From Octopus vulgaris (taxonomy: Eukaryota): DNA of 64,000 nt. The DNA lies in NCBI GenBank assembly GCA_951406725.2, contig OX597828.1:5146001-5210000 (forward strand). The letters run 5' to 3'. The notes below the pieces were generated by a model. It worked only from the letters and a program-made list of their open reading frames with translations. It had not been told where the DNA came from and made no database searches. Of the stretch, positions 57,838 through 64,000 are shown in pieces (the stretch's first letter is position 1; each line of letters starts with the position of its first letter). A program made the translations under genes and the position numbers.

Positions 57838-58739
57838 ATTGCATTATTGCACTGTTTCTTCCTCATCTCTCTTAGAATATATGTCTATGTCTGCGTGACA
57901 GTGTATTCTTGTATGTTTGGGCATAGTTATTTAGTATCTATTTAATCATACTGCCGACAGATGCTAAGTATGCAAATTCTGGCCAACCGTTAGACCTACC
58001 GTTAGGCCAACCGTTAGACCTTTTCTTTTTGCGCTCAATTTAGATAGATATTACGACAAGGTCTCTATAGATGTATGCTGCAGTTCAAGGGAATGGAGAT
58101 ATACAACTTTCTACATATAAAGGAACTATAAAATTTGATAAGGTTTTTCAGTATATGTGTTGGACATAGTTTTCTTTTATTAATATACAATGTAAATTGG
58201 TAGTATTAAATATATGTAGGCTGTTATAGTAACCATGTGAAACTATATAACGGGTTTAGTCACATAGGTTGTACAAAAGCTTTGAGAGAGGGAGTAAGAG
58301 TGAGAGAGAGAGAGTGTGAGAGAGTGTGAGAGGATGAAAAACGAATGAATAAGTCGTAATAACTACAGGTATTTTATGAACAAAAACGGACCGTAATTGT
58401 CGTTTGAATAGATAATTAGTAACTAAATATTACTGCTTGAAAACGCATATCCTAGGGTCCAGAGTAGTGAGTGCTTCAAAATCCTTCAAATTCTCTTATA
58501 AAGTAGAACTTAGTATTCCCAAATCTAAGTAATCGGAATGGTTGACTAAAATGTTCATCTTGCGGTTCGATGCATACTGCATCTGTTAACTGGAGTCAAA
58601 TGTCTGCGATGTACTCTCAAATTTGATGCAACACGTTAAAGTTGATATCTGTTAATAGAAATAATTTAAATAAGAGAGCATGATCACTATTTCCACGCTA
58701 GGGGATTCGTCTTATACGACAGGACAGTCAAACAATAGA

Positions 58740-59150
58740 ACCTATTGGGAAGATAACGCGTGAAATTCCACTTTCCTCGTAGACATGCTGTTAAAGCCGT
58801 CACAAAGACTACTATTTCTAAGCTTTATCATAGATGTACAACACGTTTTCTGCATTGTGCCCTCGCTGCAGTACAAATGTATATTCACAACATAACTACT
58901 CTTCTCTTCGGTGTACACAATAAACGGATTGGGATGGACTTGATCAGACCATTGCTAAAGAATACAAGGCCAAACATTGTTGGGCAGTATTATTCATTTA
59001 ACTCCATTAACTACCTTTCTTTCAATATTAATTTATATTGCTGTTGGACCAACCTCCCACTATACCAATTAACTTTACAAGGCACCAACATAACACACAA
59101 TATTAATGCGACTACAACAACCAATGAACACTAGAGCAACATCTGAAAGC
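58740..59150 (+). mobile_element. Possible very old Penelope-like RT remnant
   Basis: Weak resemblance of the 124 aa ORF (FHF..RH, SINYLSFNI) to PLE RT motifs; catalytic residues absent. Confidence 0.25.
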
Positions 59151-59782
59151 GCAACGCCTTTAAATCTTAAACCAATAGTTCGAAAATAATAGCAGTTTGT
59201 TTCGTATGTGCTTCAGGGGTAGCAAATTACGAGACATATTTTTTCGAAGTCGACTGAGATCTTCACGTAAAATTAAGATGATTGATATAACAGACCAGAT
59301 TAATCTACCCCGGATGTAATTTCTCACCCGAAAATGTCTTATTAAGAATATACTTAAATACTTACAAGTACGAAGTATATACTGTGCGAATGTAAAAAAA
59401 AATATGTATTCATGCATGTATATATACATACACACACTTATGGGCAAGTACTATTATATACATACATGCATACACACCAATATATATATGCACAATGTAT
59501 GTAGGATTAGATACATACATACATACATTAAGGCGATGTTCAAGCATGGCCGCAGTCAAATGACTGAAACAAGTAAAATGATAAAAGAATGTGTGCAGTG
59601 CATAAGATTATATGTATACATGTATATGAATGCATCGGTGCGCATCCGTGAATAAGTGAGTGTCTGCATACATATACATATATATATATATAACTACATA
59701 CACATATATACATGGATATACATACATATATATATATACATATATATACGTACAAGCATGCATATATATATATGTATGTATA

Positions 59783-59813
<31 letters not shown>

Positions 59814-59864
59814 CATACATATATATATATATATTTACACACACACACATATATATATATATGA

Positions 59865-59918
<54 letters not shown>

Positions 59919-60167
59919 CTAATAAGGGTGAAAAATTAGATATTAATTTAATAATAGCATCAATTTAACACCAAGTGGTTTAGCGCATAAAAACCAGGGA
60001 TACAATAAAAAATCATACTTAAATATAAGAGAGTCACCACTATATGGTCGACTCTAGCGCTAAAAATAGATCGGCTATAGTATTAGCCATTAAAAATTGT
60101 TTCCAAGGAGAATTAAGACAACATTTAACGTAAACGAGGCAAGTGAAAAACAACGAAAATATAGATT

Positions 60168-60244
60168 AACTCTGGACAATTGTTTCGCTATTAATGTAAT
60201 ATGCAATTTTACTTACACAACATCTATAGTTCATCAGCAGAATT
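60168..60244 (-). ncRNA. Type I hammerhead ribozyme with long stem II (left arm)
   Basis: Reverse complement of 60500-60576. Confidence 0.8.
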
Positions 60245-60499
60245 TGTCTAAAATACAATTTATTAAATCGCACGCTAAATTTCAACACAACGTCAAACAC
60301 AACGTCAATTTTTCACCCTTATTTGTAATTTTAATTATACTGCAATAAATATTTTATGCAGTATTCGTTTCCGGAAGTCTTATCGTAGTTGTGGCGGAGG
60401 AATTTGAATCATGACTGCCAGTACAATCGATTAAACCGTACGTGTGTTTGACGTTGTGTTGAAATTTAGCGTGTGATTTAATAAATTGTATTTCAGACA

Positions 60500-60576
60500 A
60501 ATTCTGCTGATGAACTATAGATGTTGTGTAAGTAAAATTGCATATTACATTAATAGCGAAACAATTGTCCAGAGTT
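60500..60576 (+). ncRNA. Type I hammerhead ribozyme with long stem II (right arm)
   Basis: AATTCTG-CTGATGA-A-CTAT...ATAG-C-GAAAC-AATT-GTC-CAGAGTT; stem III palindrome ACAATTGT, GUC site. Confidence 0.8.
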
Positions 60577-60724
60577 AATCTATATTTTCGTTGTTTTTCA
60601 CTTGCCTCGTTTACGTTAAATGTTGTGTTAATTCTCCTTGGAAACAATTTTTTTAGTGGCTAATACCATAGCGGATCTATTTTTAGCGCTAGAGTCGATC
60701 ATATAGTGGTCACTCTCTTATATT

Positions 60725-60783
<59 letters not shown>

Positions 60784-60838
60784 TGATGATTTCTTTTGAA
60801 TGAATCAGTTCTAGTCCTGTAGAAGCTCCTTCTATAAA

Positions 60839-60921
<83 letters not shown>

Positions 60922-61776
60922 TATATACATACGTACATATATGCATGTATCTGTTCGTGTGAACATGTATGGTGATATCTATAGATACGTACATTGATCA
61001 AGAATATGCTTATATTACTGATTTCCAATTATTGAAAAACCTTGTTCTGATTTTAATCCTACTCAATAAAAATCAATATGACGAGTAGCGACTAAAAAAA
61101 GGCGTTTCTATTGTTTTAATAATTCGCAGCTTCTCGTTGCGTTATACTTTGCTTACAATGGAACTCATTGTCAGTGAGGAATAAGAATTTTTGTATAACT
61201 TAATATAGTCATTAACGTGTAAGTGTTAGGCTTTATATCGTCTTATGATGTAGAAATTCGCTTTGATATCTACATCAGGTTTTCCTGACATTGGCCTTTA
61301 GTAAATTTTGATCGATATATTTGCTATAGTTTTCCTATCTATTCATTTGAATAGCCACATAGGAAAATGCGTGCTTCTCAACAACAGGGTCCCGGGTTTG
61401 TTCTTACTGTGTGAATTCTTGTGCAAATATCATTAACAAGATCTTTTGTATAGTCCTTAACTTGTGGTTGTGATCTGGTACAGGAACTGTAGCCAAGCGA
61501 ATCAGATGCATTGCACCTATGAGTTAAACGCAAAGAATATTCTGGCACCGTGTCATACTGGCTGTGCTTGATACCTAAGTTAACGGTAGATATGTTTATG
61601 CTAACCTAGATTTAAAGTTTTGCATGTTACTTCTTCAACATAGGAATTTCAGTGACATGTATAGTGGGCAAGAAAGATGAAAAGTCGGTGACAGAAAACA
61701 ACGGTGGGATGATTACAAGCCATTTGGGAAAGCAGTTCGTTCTCTTTGTCCCTCTTCCTTTCTCTCCCGCATATAC

Positions 61777-61998
<222 letters not shown>

Positions 61999-62292
61999 GG
62001 ATAATATATCTAGGTAGGTAGTGTTTAAGCACTGTATTATAATCCGAAGTTATGGTTAACCGTATCAAATGTTAAGGAATAAACTACTGCTATTCGAACT
62101 AAACATTCTCAATGTATTTCATCCATGAGTAAATAGTGGACTTACTTCACTGGATTATAAACTCTTTACTGAGTGTATATCCAAGAGAATAGTTTAGACA
62201 GTTTTATAATTTAGTAGGGAGACGAATAGCGTTGAGTGCAAAGAATAACTGAACAGTTAGAAACAAGATCTGGCTATCAAATCTTTCTTTAA

Positions 62293-62468
62293 ACACAAGG
62301 CTGGAAATGTTTGGAGTGGGTCCAGTCGACTAGATCGACCCAGTACGCAACTGGTACGTGATTTATCGACTCCGAAAGTAGGAAAGGCAAAGGCGACCTC
62401 AGCGGAATTTGAACTCAGAACGTAAAGTCACTAAGCATTTCACCCGACGTGCTGGCCTTTCTGCCAGC
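62293..62468 (-). mobile_element. SINE family B, inverted
   Basis: Reverse complement of GCTGGCAGAA...GTTCTGAGTTCAAATTCCGCTGAGGTCG...GTCGATAAA. Confidence 0.8.
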
Positions 62469-62479
62469 CTGAGACGTTG

Positions 62480-62733
62480 ATATGGCCATAAAATCAGCTA
62501 TCATATCGACTAAGGTTTTAACTTCGAGTCACGAATGTTAGATCCTAAACTAGGTGAGTATATATTTTATCCACAAGCCTGGATGATCGTAAACGAGGTC
62601 AGAATACATTTCGTCCACCAGAATGGTAGATGAAATACATTCTGACCAAGTTTAAGATCTAACATTAATGAATCGAAATTCGAACCCTGTAGTTATGTTA
62701 GGGTCAACCTGTTAATGGATTTTATAGCCATGT
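62480..62733. mobile_element. Fold-back MITE-like element
   Basis: Nested inverted pairs ATGGCCATAAAATC/GATTTTATAGCCAT, AATGTTAGATCCTAAACT/AGTTTAAGATCTAACATT and GGTCAGAAT/ATTCTGACC. Confidence 0.65.
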
Positions 62734-63025
62734 TAGGTTTCTGACTTCCTTATTCTATGTAGTCATCACTAAGCGCCCCTACTAAAATGTTAGACTGTCT
62801 AAAACATTATACATTAGTTCGCTTCAAAGTTTAATAGTGGCAACAGATAAAACTGGATGTAAATAAAACCACATTGCAAGGTATCCATGCAGCAGAAACA
62901 TATGTCGGACAGAGATTTAAATTGAATGTGTTTTATAAATCACAGTAATAAGAAAAAAACTGTGTAGATGTATTATTATCCTTATTCATTTGAACTGTGT
63001 TTCATAGGTGTGTGTATTATGTATG

Positions 63026-63230
63026 CGACGAGCTGGCAGAATCGTTAGCGCGCTGGACGAAATGCTTAGCGGTATTTCGCCTGTTGCTACGTTCTGTGTT
63101 CAAATTCCGCCAAGGTCGACTTTGCCTTTTATCCTTTCGGGTCGATAAATCAAGTACCAGTGAAACAGTGAGGTCGATTTGATCGACTGTCTCCCAAATT
63201 CCAGGCCTTGTGCCTTTAGTAGAAAGGATT
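63026..63230 (+). mobile_element. SINE family B
   Basis: GAGCTGGCAGAATCGTTAGCGCG...GTTCAAATTCCGCCAAGGTCGACTTTGCC...AGAAAGGATT. Confidence 0.85.
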
Positions 63231-63914
63231 ATGTATGCATGTATGTATGTATGTGTGTGTATGTATAAACATGTTAATACTTGTTCATGCTTGTGTGTAT
63301 GATTGATTTTGCGTTGATTGTTGTAAGCAATGGATGCTACGTTATAATTTCTGTAAACACCAATGTTTTCAATATACTGTAGCTAAAATTCGGACATGGT
63401 CTTTTTCAGCGGATGTTGTTTTAGTTTTCGGAGCAAAGAGAATTAGTAATTCGATTTCATCGTTGCTTACATTTATTTTAAGCATCGAAGATAATTGCAT
63501 TTGCATAAAATGAATGCGTTAATTGATAGCTTTCTCTGCAGTATATTTGCATGAAAAGATTACTATTGCAAACATTCGAAACGCATATTAATAAATTAAT
63601 AACTAAATGCCAATTTTCTTGCGTACTTCATCGATGTAATTTATCAAACATATGTCTCAAATATGTTATTAACCAATTAGTATTTCTTAATTTTAAACAT
63701 TTTGCGTTGCACACGGAATTTCACCTTTATTTTTATATGTATTTCCTTGTCGCCTTTTCTTGAATTTTGTTTAAAATTGTGAGACAGAAAACTTCTTATG
63801 GAAGGATTATAGTGCGTAGTATCTGCATCATACCTTACTCTCGAAAGATTCATCAGTCAATGACACAGCAGGATTTGTCATATAAATTTGATGTTATTAT
63901 ATTTTTTCTTTTAC

Positions 63915-64000
63915 GCTCTTATTTTTTACAGTCATTTGACTGCAGCCATCCTGGATCACCGACTTTAGCCGAACAAATCGACACCGGGACTTATTCTCTC
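63915..64000 (-). mobile_element. SINE 3' tail shared with family A, cut by the window edge
   Basis: CAGTCATTTGACTGCAGCCATCCTGGATCACC is the reverse complement of the family A tail. Confidence 0.7.

Larger units (their letters stand above)
59919..60726. repeat. Inverted repeat (about 281 bp arms 60020-60300 and 60443-60726) between (TA)n tracts; two hammerheads
   Basis: Arms are reverse complements with several substitutions. The spacer carries a 17 bp inverted copy of the left terminus (AATTTTTCACCCTTATT). Confidence 0.93.

Overview
AT-rich, microsatellite-dense eukaryotic DNA with no recognisable host protein-coding gene. The SINE families and repeat landscape suggest a cephalopod, probably Octopus (inference from recalled repeat sequences, not a search). 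The window is mostly transposon-derived: three mariner copies (one full-length with TIRs and TA duplication), a young 5'-truncated L1/Tx1 LINE inside a (GATA)n array, two Dong/R4-like LINE relics, RTE and CR1/L2 fragments, an ORF1-only retrocopy, a non-autonomous Helitron, MITEs and many tRNA-derived SINEs. The main signal is a dense set of minimal type I hammerhead ribozyme (HHR) motifs, about 15 intact or decayed. Most have a palindromic stem III and sit in Penelope-like terminal repeats. Three young non-coding loci (about 45.0-45.9, 49.2-50.8 and 59.9-60.7 kb) are long inverted repeats next to (TA)n tracts whose ribozymes all point outward from the centre. One carries an apparent compensatory G3-C8 core swap, and four other copies share a U4C core. 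All RNA folds were read by eye; no folding or homology search was run.
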